Shown here piece after piece: positions 1 through 10,830 of a stretch of DNA of 64,000 bases. The stretch is from assembly GCF_963853765.1 (NCBI RefSeq), contig NC_088858.1, forward strand, positions 30,814,001 through 30,878,000, read 5' to 3'. The DNA is from Magallana gigas (lineage: Eukaryota). The stretch's first letter is position 1. The number at the start of each line of letters is the position of its first letter. The notes under the pieces are model-generated. The model saw nothing but the letters and a program-made list of their open reading frames with translations. It had not been told where the DNA came from and made no database searches. A program made the translations under genes and the position numbers.

Positions 1-1612
1 GCTGGTTTTGCATCAAATCGTGAAAATATTAAATCTTGAATGACGATTTCTCACCATAATTTCAAATAGTTTACATCTGCCAAAAAATTAAAGTGAGATT
101 TTAAAACCTAGCTGTGAGTTAAGCTTCTCTTGATTTTATGCAGATATTAATTCCTCGCGTTTGATTAGGAATTTACAGTATTTCATATGCTAGGTATAAA
201 TGTTTATAGTACATGTACAGTTACCATTATGGCATAGTTTGAAAGATGTCAAATCCAAAATTCTCTTAGCAGTCAAAAACTGAAAGATAAGGAAAGATGT
301 CTAAAAAATTTCGAACAGATGTCTTATACAGCATCACTGATGTCTTGGCAAAATAGATAAGCTTTTTTCAATGTCAGGTCATATATGATAGATTACTGTA
401 TCAATAACATGTTTATACTGCATACAGGGAAATATTTGCCATTGGTTTTTTGTTGTTGCCCTTTTCACCCTTGTCAGCAGGTGAATTTACGACTGGGTAA
501 ATTCCATTTTTGCGAATATTATATCTTTCCATCCAATTGCAAATTCTAAGGACAGGACAAAACTGTTAGCAAAAGTAAAGAGCAAAAATAACATAGGACA
601 AAAATAACCCTATATGCAGTACATGTAGACGTTGTGCATTAGATCAGATAAGTTATTAATAAAAGTGTCACAAAACTAAACTTAGTGTCTAGGTACCAGT
701 AGTAATAAACCAAATTTATTGGTTAATTAATTTATAATTATAATTAATCTATAATTGCTGTTGTTGATAATCATCTTTGAAGATTTTTTATATGCTGATT
801 CATTAATAGAAATTTAGGAAAAAATCACAGTAAATCATGCAGAGAGATAATACTGTATAAGACGAAGCTCCAAGCCCTTTTAATAATGAATCGATTCATT
901 GTCTTTGCAGCCAGGTAATTTCGGAAAAGAAAGAAGTCTCAATTACAAGTACCAGTACAGGCTGCATGATATTGAACTTGTTTCAGTATTGATCACGGAG
1001 CATTTCCTGTAGTCCAGTGTATTGTTTTACAAACATCACAACCCACACACAACATGCGATTTTGAAGTCTGCTCTGCAAAGTCTGAAAACATGTCTGTGA
1101 CAGTTTCTAAGGTATTCCACAGCAAGAATTCAAGAAGAGAAGTCCTCTTATAGCCTGAAGAACATCGTCTTGAGTTGAAGATTCAGGCGATATGCCCATC
1201 CGTTTTGTTGATGTCACCAAAGCATCCTTTCATAAATCTGAAAATTAGCTTCAACGACACTCCGATATCCAAGGCCCTTGATATGACAAATAGCCATCAT
1301 TAAGAGCAAATAATCTTCTGCTTCTAAACACATGCACTACTGTAGTCATAATTACAATAATTTCATTGGGGAATTGCTACCGATTTGAAGATGAAACACA
1401 TCAAATTTTTTTGCAAGTGTGTGAAGAAATTAAATTCTGTTTTACTGTTAACAGATTTCAATAATTGAGCAATTTGCATTCACTTATAGAAAGGAAACAT
1501 CTTATCACACTATTGATTGTCATTGATGAAATTTGAAAGCAAAAAAAAAAACCACACTTTAATGTTGTGTACATGAGATTCAATTGGTCAAGATGAGTAA
1601 GAATATATATTT

Positions 1613-1614
<2 letters not shown>

Positions 1615-1663
<49 letters not shown>
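1615..1663. repeat. (AG)n microsatellite
   Basis: Run of about 24 AG units read directly. Confidence 0.95.
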
Positions 1664-1670
<7 letters not shown>

Positions 1671-3112
1671 GTGATTAAAATAGTTATCTAACTGATGAAA
1701 GTTTATTGGACTGCTATATTACAAAATTGATTTTTTACTGTTATCGCAGACAAAGACATTTGAAAATGTAAATATTTAACAATTCATTTTATCTATAAAT
1801 TAATCAACTTCAAGAAATGTGTACAACAGTCGGAAACCTCAGACTAGACCTTGTATGTCGGAGAGGATTTATATATAGGCAATGCCTGCTATCCCATCCA
1901 TTTATGTGATGTATTTCATAATAAAATATTGTTTTAATTTAATTAAAACCTTGCGCATTAAATTGTAAAGCAATCATAATCTCCAGATGCAGGCAGCTAG
2001 AAACCTTAGTTGCAAGCGTAATGTAATATAGGATATTCGTAACTTTGCATGACCATAGCTATAATCTGGTCAGGAGTTCGATCAGAGTTGTTTAGATTTG
2101 TTTTGACAGATTTCTATGATGACAAAACCTTCATCCATCAGCTAATCTCATCATGGATCAAATTTGCCAACATAATTCATTGATTTTCATTAAGTGATGG
2201 AGAATAAAAAACAACTCATCCCGAATTGGACTAAAAAATACCACACTGTGAACACAACATTAATTGTCACTGAATTGTATAACTATAAGTTTCAGCTCGT
2301 AGGAGGAAGTCTGCGTTGAACTTCTAATGAATATGGTACTCTATGGCTCTCAGAGCAACAACTGTGTATTATATGGTATTTTTCTGAAAAGAAAACCTTT
2401 TGATCCTTTATGTATACAGATTAGCAGTCTGACTTCTGGACAGAATCTCTGGTCCTTTCTGCCATTGACAAGCTTGATCGTATAGATACTCCCACATGAT
2501 TTTTTTTGGCTTGATCAGCAGAAGAGAATGAATTTATATTTAGATGTCTGAATACTGAAGTTCACTGTGCTTCCATCAATAAGTTCTATTATAAGCATTG
2601 ACCATGTATAAAAATGCTAAAAATATCATTTTGTAAGTTAAACCTGATTCAGTAAATTTAATTATTTCCCTGTCATTATCAGGCCTTTCTGAGACACATC
2701 ATCTCTAGAGACGAATTATAAATTGAATCTTCCATACTGTACTTATAGTATTATTATTACGCTCAACCCTTAATGTATTTCATGCTTGGATCCAGAAATT
2801 TTTTATTTTTTTCAGGGGGAAAGGGTCCAAGGGAAAATTAAATTTTTTTTTTGCGGGGGGGAGGGGGGGGTGGGGGGGAGAGGGATTAGAGGCCTATTTT
2901 TGGTAGTTTTACAATGTGAATTTAACAAAGCAACATGTATTTCCTTCAGTAATATTTATGACACGTACTACAAATTTTATGATAAATTTCATCAGTGTTA
3001 TAATGTCATATAACAGCTGATGCATCAGAGCTAGTTTTATATTTCATATTTTCAACAGAGGTTTGTGTAAACGTACAAGCATTTATAAGCACTCCTCTTC
3101 AAAATCAGTGTA

Positions 3113-3319
3113 CTGTGGTTTCATCAATATTCGTTGAATACTAATTTTCGTGGATTTCGTTGTTAAGTTGATCCATGAAATTAAATGTTCATTGAAGTGC
3201 AATTTCTACTAATAATTTGTATTGTTAGGGTCATTGACCACGAATTTACGTATCCTTGAAACAGTGATTTTCACTTTATCCACGAAAATTGATATCCTTG
3301 AATATTAATGAAACCACAG
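3113..3319. mobile_element. MITE with TA target-site duplication (Tc1/mariner-pogo-like termini)
   Basis: TA|CTGTGGTTTCATCAATATTC ... GAATATTAATGAAACCACAG|TA; TIR of about 20 bp, no ORF. Confidence 0.8.
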
Positions 3320-3910
3320 TATACAGTTTATCATTAAATAATAAAACTGAAAAAGTCTGCAACTTATTGCGAACATTTACGGCTCCTAATTTTGGGTGGA
3401 ATTGACTTGAGCTTTGAACTGTGATTAAGCAAGGTTATTAATATTTAGCACCTTAGCATGATTACAGTTTACTAGCTGTATACAGAGAAACATTTCCCCC
3501 ATTTTACCTTGTTCACCCTAATGTTGTCAGCAGGTGAATTTAAAACTCAAGAGCATAATATTGAATTCAAATTTCTTGAATTATTTCTTGTTTAAATACA
3601 ACTTTTTCTGGGCGAATTCAAGACATGGTGAAATGTTTGCAAGTGTAGAAGGACGAAAACAACATGGGGCGAAAATAACTCTTTATACAGCATATACTGT
3701 AAACGTGTTACATTTGGCTTGTACGATATTTGGCGGAAATAAGTTTTTAAACAAGTTGGCTAGATTTGAATTAGCGTATTCCTGAATGTGTCTACTCTTA
3801 TTCATATATGCATGGTATTTAGCAATGTACTTGATTTATCGGAAACTGAATTTTGCCAAAAGTGCTAAATAGAATACACAGTCAAATGTAGTGAGTATAA
3901 AGTAGTTTGC

Positions 3911-4740
3911 TATCTTTGCTAGCCAAGGGTTTTCGGTCCACTTCGCTTCCCATAAACCCTTGGCAGATCTCATTACGAAAACTCCGTGACAAGGTCCGTT
4001 TTATGATTGGCTGCAGCTGGGAGTGACTGATCAAATAAAAGAAACACACTTGTGATCTTTGGTAAAACAAACGGAGCTTTTCAGAAGTTGAGGCACAATT
4101 GCTCGAGTGCAGTACCTCCCCAAGGATGGTCTAACCAGATCACTTTATAACTTTACTTTATAAATCACTTTATAAAACGCTGTATTTTAATTTTACTGCA
4201 CCGGATTGAAAAGAGATTTACAAACTTGTCAAGACTCGTGTGATGGTGTGGGAGGTAAGCATGGCAAATGTAGAAGTTGCCCATCCCGTTAGTATATAAG
4301 TCCCTACTCATGGTTATTGCTTTTAAAGGTTCAATGAGCTGTATCTTATTCAATTTCTTTTGTCTGCAATAATTACGACAACGATACCTGGTTTTATGGC
4401 TTAAATGCATTCATATATCAGCGACTTTTTCGCCCCTGGTAAAGGTCCCTACAAACACTATAAAAAAAACATTCCTTGCTTTCTCTAGGTTATATTTTCA
4501 TCCCAATATTAATAATATCGTTCGTTAATTATGTTCCGTTTCTCACTAGTCAACATTTTTTCAAGGTGTAGCGTGTACTTATTACCCGTTAAATCATTTG
4601 GTTATAATGGTAAATATACAAGGGGCGCAACTCAAGTTGCTCGCTAGATAGCGCTACCGCATCACCAAGTTTTCGTAATGAGATCTGCTAAGGGTTTATG
4701 GGGAGCAAAGTAAACTGAAAACCCTTGGCTAGCGAAGATG
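3911..4740. mobile_element. Non-autonomous TIR DNA transposon, about 75-bp TIRs, 8-9 bp TSD
   Basis: 3911-3983 is the imperfect reverse complement of about 4669-4740. Flanks are gTAGTTTGC (3902-3910) and aTAGTTTGC (4741-4749). Confidence 0.75.
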
Positions 4741-5990
4741 ATAGTTTGCCTTCCATTATATTTTCAGCAAAGGCATCAGAAATAGACACTATAACCAGGG
4801 AATCATAATTCATGGGTACTGCCATGTTGCACTTTTATTTTAAGTCCATAGAAGAGTAGTTATCAAAGCTCATTATTACCTAATCAAAGGGATTTTGTTG
4901 TTTTATTGCAAATTAAATATTTGCGTCTATTTTGAACTGCCGGTCATTAGACTGCGATCTATTAGGCAGCCGGTCAATAGACTGTGATATATTGGACCGG
5001 CAACGTTAATCAGACCATGTGTATGTTATAATGTTACATCCTTTCTCAGGGAATGTATATTCCTTTACATAGACGCTGTTTTTAGTACTTGGTGAAACCA
5101 AATTCAATGTTATCAAAATGGAGTATCAAATAATTAACAGTTTTAATATGCAAATTGTAAACCCGGAAAACTAAAAAAAGGAATTAGGTAATAAAACAAT
5201 TATTTAATGCTTGAACAGTCAATAGACCAGAATTTTTTCCCTTGGTGCAGGGAACACGTTAATTATGTTCCGTTTCTCACTAGTCAACATTTTTTCAAGG
5301 TGTAGCGTGTACTTATTACCCGTTAAATCATTTGGTTATAATGGTAAATATACAAGGGGCGCAACTCAAGTTGCTCGCTAGATAGCGCTACCGCATCACC
5401 AAGTTTTCGTAATGAGATCTGCTAAGGGTTTATGGGGAGCAAAGTAAACTGAAAACCCTTGGCTAGCGAAGATGATAGTTTGCCTTCCATTATATTTTCA
5501 GCAAAGGCATCAGAAATAGACACTATAACCAGGGAATCATAATTCATGGGTACTGCCATGTTGCACTTTTATTTTAAGTCCATAGAAGAGTAGTTATCAA
5601 AGCTCATTATTACCTAATCAAAGGGATTTTGTTGTTTTATTGCAAATTAAATATTTGCGTCTATTTTGAACTGCCGGTCATTAGACTGCGATCTATTAGG
5701 CAGCCGGTCAATAGACTGTGATATATTGGACCGGCAACGTTAATCAGACCATGTGTATGTTATAATGTTACATCCTTTCTCAGGGAATGTATATTCCTTT
5801 ACATAGACGCTGTTTTTAGTACTTGGTGAAACCAAATTCAATGTTATCAAAATGGAGTATCAAATAATTAACAGTTTTAATATGCAAATTGTAAACCCGG
5901 AAAACTAAAAAAAGGAATTAGGTAATAAAACAATTATTTAATGCTTGAACAGTCAATAGACCAGAATTTTTTCCCTTGGTGCAGGGAACA
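4523..5990. repeat. Tandem direct duplication, 2 x 734 bp (4523-5256 / 5257-5990)
   Basis: Both copies start CGTTAATTATGTTCCG and end GCAGGGAACA; spot checks showed no differences. Confidence 0.95.
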
Positions 5991-6108
5991 GCTCAGTATG
6001 ATCTATTGCCCTCGGCCGTTGGCCTCAGGCAATAGATCATTCTGAGCTGTTCCCTGCACCTTGGGAAAAATATTCTGGTGTATTGACTGCTCAAACATTA
6101 AATAATTG
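5931..6108. repeat. Foldback palindrome (about 80-bp arms), probably the end of a non-autonomous mobile element
   Basis: caattatttaatg...gatctattgcc pairs with ggcaatagatc...cattaaataattg with few mismatches around a short GC-rich centre (ctcggccgttggcctca). Confidence 0.8.
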
Positions 6109-6181
6109 TATAATATAGAATGATGCAGTGCCTAATTACTTACCACAACAATAAATTGGATGGCTATTTTATACAGATGGG

Positions 6182-6612
6182 CTATGAAGATGATGGTGAT
6201 GATGACATGCAGGAACTGTTGTCTAGCTGTATAGTATTGGACTGTCTCTTCTTCATTTCAATCTCTATCTCCTGAATTAGATCAAATGTGTTTTCTTCCT
6301 GAACAGAATAAAGAAATATAACAATAAAACATTTTTTTTTTTTAAATCTGTTCAGCTTATTGAAATTGCTTTTTTTTTTTTCAATTTGTAGGAATTAAAG
6401 TCTTACTATATGTATAATATATTATACGAATGGTTAAAGTCTTATTAGTTTTGCAAGTTGAAAAATTACCTTCTAATTTCAAGTCATTTGAAAACTAAAT
6501 TATATAAAGCTTTCTTTCTCCTAGCTGCAATAATGTAGCCCTCTCCAATTTTTTTTCTGATGTTTAACTGGAGAGGCCAAAAAAAAAATAAATTTGTGAG
6601 AGGGCTACATTA

Positions 6613-6665
<53 letters not shown>

Positions 6666-9600
6666 ATTCTAATATCTGTAATTTTTATTTACATGCATCA
6701 AATGCACTTTCTATTCAAGCTTACACTACAAGAACTGATCAACATTTTTCATGTAACAATGTGGATTATGCAGGGAATAACCATGTAATATTTCCCCCAA
6801 ATCCAATGAAACAGCATACCACTTAATGAAGCTAACAGAATACACTCCCAACAACGTAACATCATACAATCAATTCTAACCAACAATGTTGACCCATAAT
6901 TATATATATATGTATAATATTGATAAAAAAGAATCAGATTATTGCAAACATGTAGATAGTAAACTGATTTGTGAATAGGCCATTTAATGGGCCTATAACT
7001 TTCTTATCATAATTGATTCAATAGACTTCAACAATAATTTTGCATTTGAGGGATCTAAAACATATTCATAGTTAAGGTAGATGTTAATAGATATTTTCAA
7101 AATGGAAATTCATTAGTTTGCCTGAAACAAAAATTTAGGATATTCAGACTATAGTATATGTTTATACGGTTATCTGATATATATAGTGCTGGGTCAGTGA
7201 ATTGTCTTGAACCTCTTTCATAAATAAATACAGGGCCCTATATATAATGTCAACCACGGGTTAAAGAAACATGTTAAAGACAGTAATTGTTTGAATAACA
7301 AAATCCAAATTTGTATCGTACTATCAAAAATGTTATTGTCACACTGACCTAATGTCAAAGGAAAGTAACCATGAAAAAATCTGTTGGAAAATAAATTAAA
7401 ATTTTTATAAATCAGCAATCAGGATTTTTGATGTTCATTTTGTAAATTATAATTTAATTTTGATGTGATGCTTGCATTTTTACAATATCAATTATATGTA
7501 AGAATCAAAGATTTATATAAAGGTCTGGACATGCACTCAGTCACCAATTTTCTTTATATTCCATACACGGACAGTGTCACCCAAGTGTAAAATGCAAAAG
7601 ACACTAAGAGTTGATTCCTGGGGATAACCGCTGCCATGGTAACCAAGGCTAAAGATGGAAAGAGCAAAACTTACCTTCTTTGAAGCCATTTTAGAAGGTT
7701 TTGTTCAATAATGTAAACTATCAAAGACATAAAAAAAAATGTTGTCCTATTACTCACAATATGTTGTCAAATAAGCATTAAAATGTCATTTTTACCTCTT
7801 TACCCTCTGTTACCATGGCAACAGGACCATACAGCTACAAAAAATGGTGTAAAGCCTATTTACTCACCAAAGTCTATCAAATTAGTATTAGTATGACGAA
7901 AATCTGTGACTATGAGTGGCTACTGAATATTGATTCTTACAAAGAATTGATCTTAATTTTAAATATGTAATTGTACATAAAATCATACACACTGGCTTTA
8001 TATGCTAATTGCAATTGTAACACACTTCAAAACTTCTCATTACCTAAATAATATACAATTGAAAGACCATAAAGAAAGATAGCAATATCCGTTTCTTAAT
8101 ACATCTCCTAAGGGTTTACTGTACCTATTCATCTATTCAGATACCATACATATTGTCCTGACAACCAAGTCTATCTGATTTTTCAATTCAAATTCTTTAG
8201 CTAGGTTGAATTTTGACATTCACAGAGCCCCAGGTATGGTACAAGTGTACAAGTTTTAATAAATTATGAATGTTCCATAATTATACATTTGGATAGCTTA
8301 TACATTTGTATTTATAGCTAAAAAATACCATGATGGATCCCCAGCCTCCACACCAGTATATATGTTGAAGTCTCCTCAACATTATTTTTAGTTATATTTT
8401 TGAGAAATAAAAATTTTGACCATTGCTGAAAATTCCATTTATCTACTCCCTCTCTTTTATTGATTGAATGCTATAAAAATAACTGCATTGCTAATCGAGT
8501 TATAATGAAAAGGTGATAATTAAGAATCTAGACAGTTTGAAATTTCAGACAAAGCTATAGTATATGAACATCTTGATCATAGCTTACACCCTGCACTTTA
8601 TCATACATTGTCAACAGTATACCTGTATAGTGTTTGCTTCTGATGAATCTGTGCTTTCTAGATTGGTCTTTGGTTCAGTGGAACTTTGGTATTTATGGTT
8701 TGTTAAGGCTTGGCTGTCTTTATTGTCTAGCTGTTCATTTGTCTGCTGCTGCTGCTGGCATCTAATATCAACTACTTTCCTGCCATCAACTTCCTCAATA
8801 TTCACAGTCAGTACGTCCTCGTCATCATTATTACAAGGTTTGTCCCCAAATAAAGCACTAAATGAGGCAGAGCTAGAAATTGCCGGCTGATCTCCAACAA
8901 GTTGAGCATTAACTAAGTCTTGCTTAAACCAAGTGTCATTTGCCTCAGAAGAGGTTTTGGCTTGATCGAATGCCACCCAATCTGAAGATTTATTCTCACT
9001 GATTATGGCAGAGTTGCTTAAAAGTTCTGAACCTTTCTGTACACAGCCTCTTGTAAGTACCGGACTTGTTGTAGGAGTGAGGGAGGGAGGGAGAAGTACC
9101 CTCCTTGGGGAAGGGGTAGGACTTACTCCATCATCCTGCACCACTACAGCAGACTTTGTCCTAGAAAATAACTGATCCTCATTAAAGTTAAACACACATA
9201 AGTTCTCCTTTTGACTAGACTTATGTCTCCTTGGACTTTTATACTTATGGCTAAATTCCTCTCCTGGGAGCTTTATCTGTAATTTTTCTCCACTTTCTGA
9301 TAAGGACCTTTTTTCCGGGGAATCAAATTCTTTAACATATTCATCAAATGTATGAATATTTATTGGAGTAGTACTTCTGGGTCTCTCCACAGGTGTGTTG
9401 GTCACTTGTAATCGCTGGATCTTTTTCTCTAAAGCTTTTCGTTTGGATTGAATTTTCTCATTCTGCAGTTCTCCCAGCAGTGTTGAAATAGAAACTCTAG
9501 GTAAAATTGGCGAGGATGTAGGGGTGGGCTCACATGAACTGTCGTTAGAGTGAATGGAATCAGAAATATGCTTGAAGTAGGACGTTTCAACATGAATTCC

Positions 9601-10041
9601 TGAATTGGAATCCCCTGACTGCCTGTTTTCTACCTTCACATATCCTGAACGTAAATATCCACTATCTGAATCAGAACTATCAGAATCCGAATCTGAACTG
9701 TTTCCAGGGGGAGAAGCCTCATCTACACTATTATCAATCGAAGCAATATCTTTCTCACCTTCATAACACTTCTCCTCCCCTTTAGTCTCTGATATTTTTT
9801 TGTACGTTTTGGCACTTAAAAATCTTCCAATTTTCTTTCGCAACTTAGAATCACATTCATCAAACACAGTTTCTTCCGTGGCTGTCTGGTGCTTTTTGAT
9901 GGATTTGTCCATCCCATGCTTGCTGTTTGTTTTAGGTTTTTCTGCTGCAGGCTGGAAAACACCTCTTGAAGTCCGCTCTTCCTCTCCAAGGTCAACTGTA
10001 TCAAAGGAAGCCAGTGGAGCCCGAGATGAATCATTCTGCAT
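6182..10041 (-). CDS. Uncharacterised, largely disordered Ser/Pro/Asp-rich protein (about 511 aa) with a short coiled coil
   Basis: Coding exons are 10041-8623 (473 codons, ATG CAG AAT..., ends CAG|GTATAC, phase 0) and 6298-6182 (ttcag|GAA GAA AAC...TAG). Likely 5' UTR exons are about 10745-10668 and 10289-10248, with an acceptor at 10145. The ORF-track start at 10116 is a GTG. I recognised no family. Confidence 0.75.
6618..6662. repeat. (CT)n microsatellite
   Basis: Direct read. Confidence 0.95.
7630..7822. promoter_or_regulatory. Two RFX X-box motifs (candidate internal promoter)
   Basis: GTTACCATGGCAAC at 7809-7822 matches the GTTNCCATGGNAAC consensus; GCTGCCATGGTAAC at 7630-7643 has one mismatch. 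Confidence 0.45.
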
Positions 10042-10744
10042 TATGCTCCAATATAATTTGCTCCCTAGCACAGAGAGAAGGCGGAACACCAATATTGGAT
10101 CATGCAAATTTTCCACAAATAACTCTTAAAGAAATCCATGAAATCTAAGCATACACACAAGTGGATGCATATTTATATATAACTACATCCAGTTACGTGA
10201 AATCAATAATGTACTCAAAGTTAGAAAGCATCACAACATTTGCTTACATATTCCTGGTGTGAAAAAGGTTATTGATCAGAAGTTTCTTTCTGAGAAACGA
10301 TCGCAACAATAATACTATTTGTCGCATATATAAATTGATGGGAATGACCTCTGTTCATCATCAACCAGGCCACTTGTTTGCAATATAAAACACCTTGTCA
10401 TCCAGCATAATAATTGTCAGCTCCACACCTTTCCATTGCATAAGTTATTAAATCCCGTTAAAAATATTTGTAAAGCTATTTAGTTTCATATCTTAGCGCA
10501 GTAGATCCGTAATACCCTGGAGCTCAACACTTTCTGATGATACTGATCTGTCAAAATGTGAAATGGGCTGTGACTAAACTTCTGAGACGTATATTGTCAA
10601 CACATAGCTTTTAAACAATGTTTAAAAAATAGTGTTTAACTGTGTGATTTCCTTTTCATTCGCATACCAAGTCTAAGGCGAACCATCGTGATAATGATAT
10701 CGATTAACAAAATTTCTTCTTTTGACATTTCTGTCTTCCGCTAA

Positions 10745-10830
10745 AAGTGTTTACGGAAATGACGTTCCGGATGTGTCAAGTTTGCGCCAAAGCGCATGTG
10801 CCGCTTCCCTATCAACAAGTGCATGTGCTT
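10745..10830. promoter_or_regulatory. Compact bidirectional promoter (ETS/CRE composite, E2F-like and NRF1-like motifs)
   Basis: CGGAAATGACGTTCCGG at 10754-10770, TTTGGCGC on the minus strand at about 10784-10791, GCGCATGTGC at 10792-10801. It is flanked by divergent first exons with donors at 10667 (-) and 10903 (+). Confidence 0.65.

Noticed and set aside
4165-4410. Internal ORF of the 3911-4740 element as a transposase
   Set aside because: Only 81 aa, with no DDE or other recognisable motif.
6560-6826. ORFs with SL or IY dipeptide runs (6560-6826, 53404-53607)
   Set aside because: These are translations of (CT)n and (TA)n microsatellites.
8611-10116. ORF-track 501-aa ORF taken as a complete single-exon protein
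   Set aside because: It starts at GTG. The first in-frame ATG is 10041, and a phase-0 donor at 8622 joins the 6298 exon, replacing the terminal VYC.
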